Below, piece by piece: positions 26,643 through 38,800 of a stretch of DNA of 64,000 bases; position 1 is the first letter of the stretch, and every line of letters starts with the position of its first letter. Both the position numbers and the translations under genes were made by a program. The DNA lies in contig NC_087251.1 in assembly GCF_037042905.1 (NCBI RefSeq), positions 4,094,001 to 4,158,000 on the forward strand. The letters are read 5' to 3'. Source of the DNA: Lytechinus pictus (taxonomy: Eukaryota). The notes below the pieces were generated by a model. The model saw only the letters and a list, made by a program, of their open reading frames with translations, was not told the origin of the DNA and did no database searches.

Positions 26643-26681
26643 CATAGAGTTGGATAAAGCTACGCTTTATCCAACTCTATG
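26643..26681. mobile_element. 39-bp hairpin micro-insertion with 8-bp TSD
   Basis: GGCGAGCA|CATAGAGTTGGATAAAGC-TAC-GCTTTATCCAACTCTATG|GGCGAGCA. Confidence 0.85.
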
Positions 26682-26692
26682 GGCGAGCAAGC

Positions 26693-26726
26693 CACTGAAC
26701 TGAAAATACGTATTTTCAGTTCAGTG
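26693..26726. mobile_element. 34-bp perfect-palindrome micro-insertion with 8-bp TSD
   Basis: GAGCAAGC|CACTGAACTGAAAATACGTATTTTCAGTTCAGTG|GAGCAAGC. Confidence 0.85.
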
Positions 26727-29700
26727 GAGCAAGCTGGCCATGTGCTTTTGATTGTTTGTTTACAATCGCATGCGGCTAAGGGGATGATCCTTTATATCTT
26801 ATTTTAATTTACCTCAATTTCTTTGCTTCAAAAATATTTTATCGTAATTCAAAAAATAGTACCAGGTGTTACTTAATTTTTATGTAAAATACTAATTCTC
26901 CGAGTTTCGTAATTTAGTCAAAATAATGAGATATACATTTTATCTAACAGAACGAGTGACAATCTATTCCAGCCACGTGAAATTCATCGTCGGTGCATAT
27001 CGTCTGCTGCTATTCCTTGAGTTGATTTACCTTCAGCCTAGGTTCGGATATATATTCACTTATTTGTAAGTACAGTTATTTTATTATTTTCCTTCTCATT
27101 ATGTTGTTGATAGAGGAAAGAGACTCTGTGTGGATGTGGTCATGCTACATGGAATTCATTTTCATGGATTTGACCCGCGGTGCAGCTAGCAGCTGCATGC
27201 GTTGGTAGCGAATCGGCTTGCAAGTTGAATTGTCCTACTCATCATCACCGCCGTAATTCCCTTAATTTACCACCATCCACGTCACTTTGTTTTTCTAGAG
27301 TTAGAAACTTTATCATCATTCTCTTCATCTGCATAATCATCAATTTGAAAATCCAAATCTAGATAAACTTCTGGGTTTTCTTTCATTTCATGATCGAAGT
27401 ATTCAGTGTCAGTGTGGAGAAAACGTACCCTCGCAACAGGTTTTGCATGCAAGTGGAGCTTGACGTGGGAGAGCCAATCACGCCTCTCGTACAGACAGTG
27501 ACGTCATCAAATTCGAGTCAATTCAGAGACCGATGCGAGGCATATTTCGGAGAGGCATTTTAGCGCTTTTTAATTGGCGATTTCCACCTTATGTATTATT
27601 TTCGTTATTTTTGAATGACCTAATGGTAATCCTCACATCATTACCTCTCCACTGATATATAATAAGGCCATATTCATAATCAATATATTTCTCCTTTAAG
27701 ATATTGTTGTACTAGTTTAGGGGTTCCATTCAGGGAATACTTGTCAAGGGTACCGTTCTGTTAAATTTGTTTCCAATACTTGTTAAGGGTATAGGCCCTA
27801 GGGTTTTACACGCCAATCCTTGTTAAGGGGTGAATTTTCAGAACATGGAAAATACTTGTATAGGGTGCTTTTTGAAACCCCAAGGTCATGCATGGAATCC
27901 ACTCTGACCACTCGTCAATGGAAGTGCCACCCTTTTTTCTCTCTATTTTCAGTATTGTATTTCTTGATTTCTTTCTGTGAATTGGAAAATGAATGGATCA
28001 CTTGTGATGTATCATTTATAAAGTTATGAAATTTATGAAGCCAGATTATGCTTGTATTCACTGGAAGAAGCGATAAAAGAATACTTTAAAATAAATGATG
28101 CAGTGGCCTGACAGCCAACATTAAACTTGAGAGGGGGGTGCTGCCCGGGTTTAAAGACCATGCAAGCAGCAATTGTCACATGTCGACATTATAAGTTAGA
28201 TTTGGTTATTCCCCCAAACTGCATGTCACTATAAATATATTCCAATTCATTTCTAGATTCGATCTACATGTATATGAATGTGTATAGTGAGTGATTGTAT
28301 TACCGACCAGCCTTGTATTACAGAACACACGCATCATGTGCATTAGAAAATAATTTCATATGCTCAAGACTGCAACATCCTTCCAAAGGGAACTTGAATA
28401 AAAAGATAATGAAAAATAGTCAAAAACACATTTTCAAAGTCTTTATAAAATATGGTAAAAATAGCTCATTTTTTTTTGTTTTCTCAACTTTTCCCATAGA
28501 AAACACACACTCGGTAATACAATACCTTTTTCAAGTGACCAAAATATTTTACATGCGAAGAGGGGTCCAATTGGAAGCTGAATCGTGAAAAAGAAATACG
28601 ATTAAGTACTGCAATTTTTTTTTACATATTTATATTTTGTAGGTATTTGTGTATTTATGGTGAAAGTTTGGTGAATTTTATGAGAATAATGTGGTTGATA
28701 TGATTGAATTCATGAAAAGTGTTCGCTGATACAATCCACTACCATATGTGACCTACCACCCCAAAACCACCAATAAGTTGCCAGGTAAGGTTCTCTGTAA
28801 ATAGCCATAATAGTAATTTAATCTCCAACAACAAAAATTAGAAAAAATAGCTTATCTGAAAGAGCAATTCTTCTTTTTCATACTGTGAAAGTTTGAAGTC
28901 GTGAAGTTGAATAAAAGAAAAGATACCAGAGTTTCTTGGACACTCCTCTTTCGGACTGCTTGGAAGTTTCACTAAGATTACACAGTTTGCATATATACAT
29001 GCTGTTTTATTGGATCAATTTTACATCAAAATTTTATTTTGATCAGGTTCCTGGTCAAAATACCCCTTCTTAAGCATGGAATGGGATGAAAAAAGTAATC
29101 TTTTGTAGTTTTATTTCTAACAATATCTAATTACAAAATTTGTTAGTTCAAAGACAAATGGCTGCCTTATTTTGTATAATTTACTCTACCGGCTAAAAAA
29201 CTGGCAAATGGGACTGATGACATCACCCACTAACTATTTATTTGTATTTTATTGTATGAAATATCAATTTTCTCATTGTCATGTGAAACAAAAGTTTTAT
29301 TACATCCTGAACACATGGAATTACCTTTTTTTTTCTTTTTGGCATTCTTCGGTTCAATCAGGAGGGTCTCTTTGTCAAAAGAAATAGTGAGTGACACATT
29401 CAACTCTCTACTTTTTATAAAGCCTTTAACCTTGAAAAATATGAGAAACTGTCATACCTTTCTTATTTTACATCTGGATCCCGTTTCATAAAGACTTGTT
29501 ATTATAACAAATGTACAATTTCTATTAACAAATTTACAATTAGCCAATCACAATGAAGGATTTCTGTAGCTTTTAACTGTTATTGAAAAAAGAATTAAAT
29601 TTAATTTGTGGTTCTTAACAGTTGCTGTTCTAAAAACGCTAAAATATCAACATTAATTTTGAAAAAAATGCCACACACAGATATGCACATTTTATTGAAA

Positions 29701-29809
29701 TAGCAGAAGGTAAATCAGATACTGACTTTGGTCAGGACTGTGAAACTTTGTTTTGGTCATTCAACGATAATTGTATTTCTTAATCTACATGTAGGTGTAT
29801 AGATTGACA

Positions 29810-32800
29810 ATGTCACTGTTTAGTGGAATGAAGATCAGTGGAGGGCAGGGAGAGACGAATAAAGATGATTCAAAACCAAGGAAGGAACAGAAAGAATGCA
29901 ATGAACAATCAATATCTGCCTTTGGATTTATAAGAGACACACAACGTAAGTACAAGTATTGAAGGGTTTAAAATTATGACAGAATTATGGGAGTAAGTTA
30001 TTACTGAATGATTATGAGAAAGTAATGATTAATTTCGAAGTTACCTTGAATATGTCAGAAAATGAGAAGTGTATTGCTCCTTTGTATTTGGTACTTATAG
30101 TCAGGAATTTTAAGGTGGTGGTTTGTTGTGGGCAGCCACCAACTGCCACTTATATTCTTTTGTTTTATGCCTCTGCAACAAAAGGTGGCATAATTAGGTA
30201 ATACCTTACTTATTTTATATTTTCAATGAAAATGACATATTTTTGATCTTCTTTCAAAAGATGTAGATAAAGTCGAAAAGATTGATATTGCAGCATTTAG
30301 CAAATGCATTTTTGTCAAATAGTTGAGCTTTTGGTTTCTTTCAGAGAGCTCATCAGATTCTGCTTTATCAAGCCCACCTGCAACATCAAAGGACAAAGCA
30401 ATATCGCAGACTCTGGCAGATGATCCTGATCCATGCCAAAAGACTCGTCCTAGCCATCCATCTCCTGATGTAGTTAATGAGATAGATCTGGACGTGGACT
30501 TTGAGCTGGATCCTCTTACACCATGTTTTGACCAGAGTAGAGGACGGGCATCGCAAGGGACAGATCTTGAAGGAATTGATTTCTCCAAAGACGTTGAGGC
30601 CCTTCTAGATGAATGTAATATCAATATGAAGTCGGATGACCCTGTATACAAGGAGGATACATTTCAGGATGATCCAAGAAAATTAGATTCAGATTTAGAG
30701 ATAAAACAGGATCACAGAGACCTTGATATGAAATCATCAAATGACACTCAAGGAATGAATGAGAAGGAATTAGATACTTATGATGACCACATCAAGTGTA
30801 GTGCTATTCCAGATGACTCCCATATATCAGCAGAGCATTCCTCAAGTAGCTCAGATGCAGTAGGTGCAAAGAACCCTGATGAAGGATCAAGTTCCCTTTA
30901 TAACATTGAATTGGATTTACAAGACACATTAGAGGTTCTTCTTGAATCCCATGCAGCAAGTGAACAACAGCTCAGGTGGGAAAAGAGGAAATCAGATCAA
31001 TAATATTTTTCTAGAACAGATTATCTGAATAATAGATAGGGCTATATTGCTATTCATTCACATTATTCATATTTTATGAGAAAAAAAGACATTAATCTGA
31101 ATTTTGAAATATTGACCTCTTTGGAAAGAAGACTAGTACCATAAGAGAATGTACACGTGAAAAGGAATTATGATTGCAAAAGAATGCAAGGTTACTTTTA
31201 TTTTTGTAGTGTGAAGATTTTGTGAATAATTGCTTTTTGAAGTGAAAATGTTGACATTTTTTACTTCTACATTCTGTTTAAATTCAAATTATTAAGTAAT
31301 TTTGTGTCAAGATTGTGGAAACTTTATATTCAACAAGTACTATAGAAATGGAATCTATTATTTTGTACTATTTGCAGACTCGCAGAGGAAGTATTAAGTG
31401 AAGAACTTAATAATCTGGGAAAGGAGAGACTATGGACAATGTACAGCATGATCAAGAAACAGAGTAGACTGGATGAACTACAGGCATTACAGTCTCAGGC
31501 AATCAATGATGAAAATTATGAACAGGGTTAGTGGCAGCTAGTGAAAGATGACTCATTGAAACAGATCTATAAAATCACAGTGTCTATTGTAACCTTCCAA
31601 GTCCTCAGCTGACATACAGTGTCACAGGGAATTATTTGTACGCAATACATACTAGAAAAGGAAAAGATGAACAATGCTGGAAATAACAAAATTCCCAACC
31701 TGGCTATCATAAAATCTAATGAATTAGATGACAGAGAAGGGTATAGCCTTTGTTATTCTTGTAGACCCAAATTGTGATCAGCCATACATGAATGATTATT
31801 AATCATAATGTGATCATTCATTTTGGTGAAACACATGATGCTTCATTGATCATGATTTATATGATGTCATTTGATATCCAATTCTTAAAGCACAAGTCCA
31901 CCCCAACAAAAAGTTGATTTGAACAAACAGAGAAAAAAATCCATCAAGCATAACACTGAAAATTTCATCAAAATCAGATGTAAAATAGGAAAACTATGAC
32001 AATTTTAAGTTTTGCTCAGTTAAAAAAAACAGATATATGCACATCCTGGCTGTATGCAAATGAGGGGAATGATGATGTCATTCACTATTTCTTTTGTATT
32101 TAATTATATCAAATATGAAATATTCTAATTTTCTCCTCATTGGAAGGTGAAACAAGTTTTCTTCCTCCATGAACATGGGAAATTACAATTGTTTTAACAT
32201 TTTATGGTTCAGTCTAGCTGGTCCTTATTGTCAAATCTGTAAAAATTTAAATATCGATAATTCAAACAATAAAATACAAAACAAATAGTGAGTAAGAGAC
32301 ATCATCAACTCTCTCATTTGCACGTCACTGAGTTGTGCATAAAACTGTTTTGTGAAAAATAAGCGAAACTTTGAAATGTCATTACTTTTTTATTTTACTT
32401 CCGATTTTGATGAAATTTTCAGCGCTATTCTTGTTTGATTTTTCTGAGGTGGACTTGTCCTTTCAGTATTTCAGTTGGTATAACTTATTTTGCAAATGAT
32501 TTAGACATATATTTGACTTTGACTAGGGGTCGTGTGGTCCAGTGGTTAGAGCATTGGACTCATAATCGCAAGGTTGTGAGTTCGAATCCCAACTCTGCCA
32601 TTGTCTCCACTTTGATAAAAAGGCCCAAGAGTGATATCTGTCGTCTATTACGTCAGCCACTATGACTGATTAACCTAGACGTAAAATGTTTCCAAGATAA
32701 TTGGTTATATACCAGCTTGGCGTTTACCAGCAAAAAATGCTGTCCTGCCGAGTTCCTACGGGAGTTTCCACAAACAGAAACAGAAACTTGCCCCATTTGC

Positions 32801-35800
32801 TTTTAAAAGGTGCAATTGCATTCGTTTTTCATATTTTTTTCATTAAATTGAATAAAACAAAACAGTATCAAAGGTTTGTTTATAAATGAAATATTTTTGT
32901 TGAATAATAGAATATGTATAAATCCCTCTTAATACTAACATTTCCAAGCCAAATTCAGACACTAATAGTGAACACCCCTTTGATCTTCCAGCTGAAATTA
33001 TGACCAAAGAATGCAGTTCTTTAGAGAAAGAACTGTGTAGCATCCCTCAAGTGACTTTAGACAATGTTGTGGATGATATCTTCAGTTCCAGACACACAAT
33101 CTATGAGAAGAAGAATAGACAGAGATCGGAGTGGATTCTAGCTATCAGAGATTTACAGAACCAACAAGAAGATATCATCAGCAAAATGAAGGAGGGGAGA
33201 AGAGGAGACCCTGAGGCAAACAAACTCAAACTAGATATGCAGAAGACAGAATTGGAATGTGCTATGGGGTAAGATGGAAGGTGATCATTATGAATTTCAA
33301 ATGAATAGTTGACTTTCATTCAGAGTGGAAGTGATGTTTGTCTTAAATCTCATAAGATAATATAACAAAGACTACAAACTCCATATTTATGTTTGTTCAA
33401 TCCATATCTGCTGAAATTAGAAAATGATCATCAAAATCTCATGAATGAAAGTATGTGTACTTTTCTCATGAACTCTGAGCCATATGATGTTCTTATGTTG
33501 GGTATCATTCTTTTGTATGTAGCCATGTTTTATTGGATAAGAACCATGTTGAAAGGAGAGAGGCCCAGCTGTGGAGCAGGATTGATGAGAAGACAGCTGA
33601 TCTCAGGGATACCAAGGACAAACTTTCTCTGCAGAAAACCACAGTGCAGGTCAGTATCTTACTAGCCAGTATGGTCTGTGCCTCAAAGCCTCCTTTCAAT
33701 CTGGCTTTTTGCATGATTCCTGCTCAGTATTTATTTTTCACTTTTAATTATCTATTGTGGATTAGGAAAGCCCCTGTGAAATTCTGCATGCAGCAGAATT
33801 GATGGACACAACTTTTTTGTAGGGTACCTAATGAAAAGGTCAGAATCATAATTTCTAGTGCTATTAACTTGTCAAGGAGGATCAACCTGATTATTATAAA
33901 CATTTGAAGATAGATTACAAGTAGAATGTTTGTCTTTCATTCTTGAGAAATACATGATTATATTGAAATTGCTATTGTTATGGTTTTTGTACTAATTTTA
34001 CCTGTATTAATATGATTGTCATCAGTATGGAGCCAATTTATACAAGCTGATGTGCTTCCGTTGACCCCTCCACATGTAAAATATCTTTTAATGTCAATGT
34101 TTTGTATATGTAATTTTTTATTTTGGGAAATAAAGTTGAATTTGAATTGATGCAACGTTATGATTTAGTATCATTATATATATATATTTTCAGATGTTTT
34201 AAGTTTCTTAATTTCATTATAGTTTTGTTTTCAGTTTCGATAAAGATATTTGCTGAATATTTCTTACAGGATGAAATAGCTGCATTAGAAGAACAACTAT
34301 GTAAGTTGAGATCAGAAGAAGAGAGAATACGCTGTGAGATTGATAAACAAGATGAAGCCATTGATGAAGTCAAGGGTGAATTCTCTAAAGAAATCATGAT
34401 TATAGAAGAAGAGAAAATCAATGTGCAGGATCGTGAAGATAGACTGACTAAGGATAGGATGGCTCTAGATGAAAATGTGAAGGTGCTCAGTGCTGAGGTG
34501 AATGCATTTGATGAAGCTCTGGCCAGGTATGTATGAAAAAGTTGTCTCCTCCTGTTTCTTGGTCTGCTTTCTTCCTTTGATTCATGGGATCCATTTAGTT
34601 TTCATGTCATCAGCAACGAACGTAGAGGGCAGCAACACACGGCAGTGTTGCTATTAGGAAGGTTCACTCGATAAGTGCACGCACAATTTGGTAGGCATGC
34701 CAACCAAACCATGAACCAACACAAGACACTCGGGGATTAATAGCAAAATGGAGGTAAACTAACAGATTATGACAAGACTAGATTCAAATAATAGAAACAC
34801 AAAAATATACAAACAATTGAATAATAATGTATCACATTTTGAAATCAAGAATATTACTAAATGATTGTCTTTTTTTTTTTAAATCTTCAGTAAACAGGAT
34901 TGAATTCTGCCATTAAATAAACCAATCTGCTGATTTCACCCCGATTTAACCCAGCTCATTTTGTGACTGCTATTAAGCTCCGCCCCTCAGCACACTTTTT
35001 TAGTAGATTGTAGAGTTGATTTTTTTTTATTTCCTCATCTTCACTCGGAAGTTTTTTACATCAAATATCATGCTAAAAATATGCAATATTTATTCCTATA
35101 TTTTTCCTAAAATATTATGTGGTGGTGATAACGATTTTATGACTTTTGCATATCAATATGATATTGAAACTGGCTTTGAAACAGAGGGTCGTGGGTTCAA
35201 ATCCAGCCATGGCGTAATTTCCTTCAGCAAGAAATTTATCCACATTGTGCTGCACTCAACCCAGGTGAGGTGAATGGGTACCCGGCAGGAATAATTCCTT
35301 GAATTCACTGAGGGCTGAAAGGCATCTCGAGCTAACGCTAAAGGGTAATGATAATAACAATGCGCCTCGGTATAGATTATTTCTAGATAGATGGCGCCAT
35401 ATAAATGCCTATTATTATTATTAATATGATAACAAACATACGTGAGGTTGAACATTTTTCATCTAAATTTCGCTGCACCACATTAATGCCCCTACCTAAT
35501 CCAGCGGCAGTGCCATCGCTGAGTGTAGTGCCATGGCTGACCGCGCTGGCGCCCCGGCCGGCCGGTCGGTGCGGAGGTAGGATACGTTTGGCTGGTATTT
35601 GCATGCATGCTAACACAAATTTGAATGAAATTATAGAATGAAAATAGTAGCTGTGACATAATACTTTCGCCTCTTGATAGATCACAAGTCAAGGCCCGTC
35701 AAAACATACATGGCTCGATACTGGACCAGCTAATTTTGGTCTGTTACTTAGGTCTAACTTTAGACTAGGAGTAGGACTTATCTGGGCTTGAGCTTGGCTG

Positions 35801-38800
35801 GTGGCCGTATTCGATATCTGAGTGCCTGATGGGTTGCAGAAAAGTTGGGTCCGATATGTGGATATCACATAATAATTTTATATTTTCAGACTCCGATCTA
35901 CACTGTAAGGGAAAATTAGGATTCTAACCTTGAACATATATTGTTGCTTAACTGCTCTAGTGCCACAGCAATGACAGATCAAGTCCATGTCTGGCTAAGT
36001 CGCGTCGAAATATCCTGCCAGTCATGCTAGTGTGGCCAGCATTCCCTTTGCGCAGTACGCGCACCCGTGTGTCTCAGGAAGTTTCAGAGCAGCCATGCCA
36101 GAAGATCAAGGTATTGGCTTTGGTGTTGGCTGGTGTATTTTTGGTAGGGGCAGCGAAATTTAGCAGAAAAACGGTAATACAATGTCATCAGACTATGCAT
36201 TTTTATTGATGTGCAAACTACAAAAATCATGGTTATTTTTGGTCTTACTTTTTTTTTTAAATATGTACAACTCCTAAAATAATATTTAACATACTTTCTA
36301 GGAGTTTTCATTAACCATAAAAAATAGTAAAATTGAACAAATGAAAATAAATCAACTCTACAATCTACAAAAAAAGTGCGCTGAGTGAGGGGCGGAGCTT
36401 AAGTGGTCACAAAATCTGTGCGGAGTGGACCTTCCTAAAAGCAAGACTGCTGTGTGTTGCTGCCCTCTACATTAATTGGTCATCAGTATAATAACTCCTG
36501 CTCTATCAGTTGTACCCATATGCAAAATCCTTTCAAATATGAGGAGATGGTAACAGTTTTACTCAATATTGTTCTCTGTCTTTCTAACTATAGTGCAAAT
36601 GGTTACAACACATTTCAAAATTTGTATAAACTAACAATTCTTGTATATCAATACCTTTTATCCAGGCTGTTTAATGGGGTACCATATTAACATTTGTGGT
36701 TTTTTTCAGAGAGGAAGATCTGATGTCAAGAATTGTATTATCTCAAAACACCATCAGTTCATTGAACCAGGATAAAGAGGAAGAAGACAATGGTTGCAGT
36801 ATACCCAACTGTTCTTTAGATCTTGAACCTACTTCTAACATTACAAGGTAAGCAAGGCAGCATATGCATTTACTTTAAATTCATATTATTGGGTATACGT
36901 TGGAAGTATACTCCAGAAATTCCTAACGAGATACTTCTTATTCATGTAAGCACTGACTTGTATGTGACAGAATCTTTAAATGAAACTATGATTTTACGGT
37001 GTCATTGTTGAATATGAGATTTTTCATTAAAATAACACTGTCAAACAATAAGATATTTCATCTCAAAGAGAACCATACATTATCTGTTAATGATCCACAG
37101 TTTACGAGAGAAAGTAATGAGTAATACAGAGGAGATGCAGGCAACAAGTGCCAAGATCTTGACTGATAAAGCCAAGCTAGCAACCTTGAAGAAGAAGGTC
37201 ACTGATACTGAAGATCACATTGTAACACTGCAGGAAGCAAAGCAATTTGCTGTATCAAGTAAGTATGTTACAAGCATGGACTTTCAGTCTGAAATATATT
37301 CAGATTTAAAAAGCTCATTTTGGTACTTAAATGGGTAAACAGATACGAGTTGTGGATTGAAAATATTAGTCTGAAAGTTTCATGTTGTGATTATCATTCA
37401 TAATAAAACTACTCCTATTTTGGTTTAGTAAAAAAAATATATAAACATGTTGATACACATGTGTTTCTTTTATACTGAGAAGTGTTTCTATTTCTTGTTA
37501 TGCTTACGAGAATAAAGAGAGTTAGCAATACCTATAATCTTAATCTTGGATATGAATGAATTATATTGTGCATGTAAAGAGAGAATGATTCTATTCAATG
37601 TTGTATTTTCAGTGAGAAAATTTGGGGAGGCTAAACATTTGACAGAAGAGATTAAGATCAAGATGGATGAGGGTCATTCACACCAGACTCAGGTTGAATC
37701 TGTCTCAGAAGAACTTAAGAATCAACAAACTACACTCAATAATCAGCAGGATCAAGTGGTTAAACTCAAAATAGAACTTGCCAAGGAAGAAAAGAAATGG
37801 GGTGAGTCGAAATGGCATAGTATTATTTTCCTAGTCAGCAGAAGAAGAAAGATTGAATTGATTTTGTGATCTTAAACTCCTAAATGATAATTGTTTGTCC
37901 AGAGATGCCAACTGTTCCCTTTTTACAACATTTAATCCTTTTTAGAATAAAAGTGCCTCAGGTTTAAGAAAAATACTTTAAAAAAATCATATTATGCACA
38001 TGTCTTTTGGAGAAAGTTGAAAGTACTATTTCTTTTCACTGAATATACCTTTTAATGGGTTGGCATCCATGTTTGTCTTATGTTTTCAGAAAGCTGCTCT
38101 TTGATATTATTTTTAATGTCTAGTTTGGAAATGTGTTAAATATATAGAACAATCTTGTTTGTCCTGTATCCATACAGTGTATATATATATTTCCTTTACT
38201 GAACATCTCAGTAGTGTGTTGTTTAACAGCCTGTAGCCTCTGTTTCATTGTAAAATCATAGATTGTCACTTGTCTTTATTGATTCCATTAATTGAATTTG
38301 AGGTTATTCTTATTTAAGATGATAATTTGCTTCTGGGCTTCTGATGATGTTAAGCATTGGGGATGTTCAAAACTCCTGGTAAGAAACATGGTATCTCCCA
38401 TTTATTTTACAGAGCTTCAGCTTTGTGAGAGGGCCAAGACGATGATGGCTACGATCAGCACAGTTCTTCAGGACACAGAAACCATGAAGTCTACCTTGTC
38501 TTGCCGTAAGCTTGAAATAGAGAAGCAATCCTGTACCTTGCTGATTGGATGGCTGAGCAGACGACATGATCTTCAGATTATACCTGAGGTTTTGGCTGTG
38601 TTAGAGGAGTTCAAGGATAAAGAAGGAATGGACATAGGAGATGAAGTGAAAGACAGTCACCAACCAAAGGTATGAGATTCTATTACTCATAAATAAATGC
38701 GTTTATATTTTCAGATGTAAAATGTTGATGTGATGTTAAGATTCCCTGACATTCGCTCTGCCTATGATTTCTTTACTCATTTGGAGAATCTGCTAAAACA

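Larger units (their letters stand above)
25686..27695. mobile_element. 2-kb Kolobok-type non-autonomous element containing a ~1.6-kb internal inverted repeat
   Basis: TTAA|AGTAGAACTATATTG ... CAATATATTTCTCCT|TTAA. Arms ~25872-26625 and ~26750-27510 are reverse complements. Confidence 0.8.

Noticed and set aside
32526..32600. tRNA-Met(CAT) gene
   Set aside because: Acceptor and anticodon stems do not pair, and it continues into a SINE body with a simple-repeat tail.
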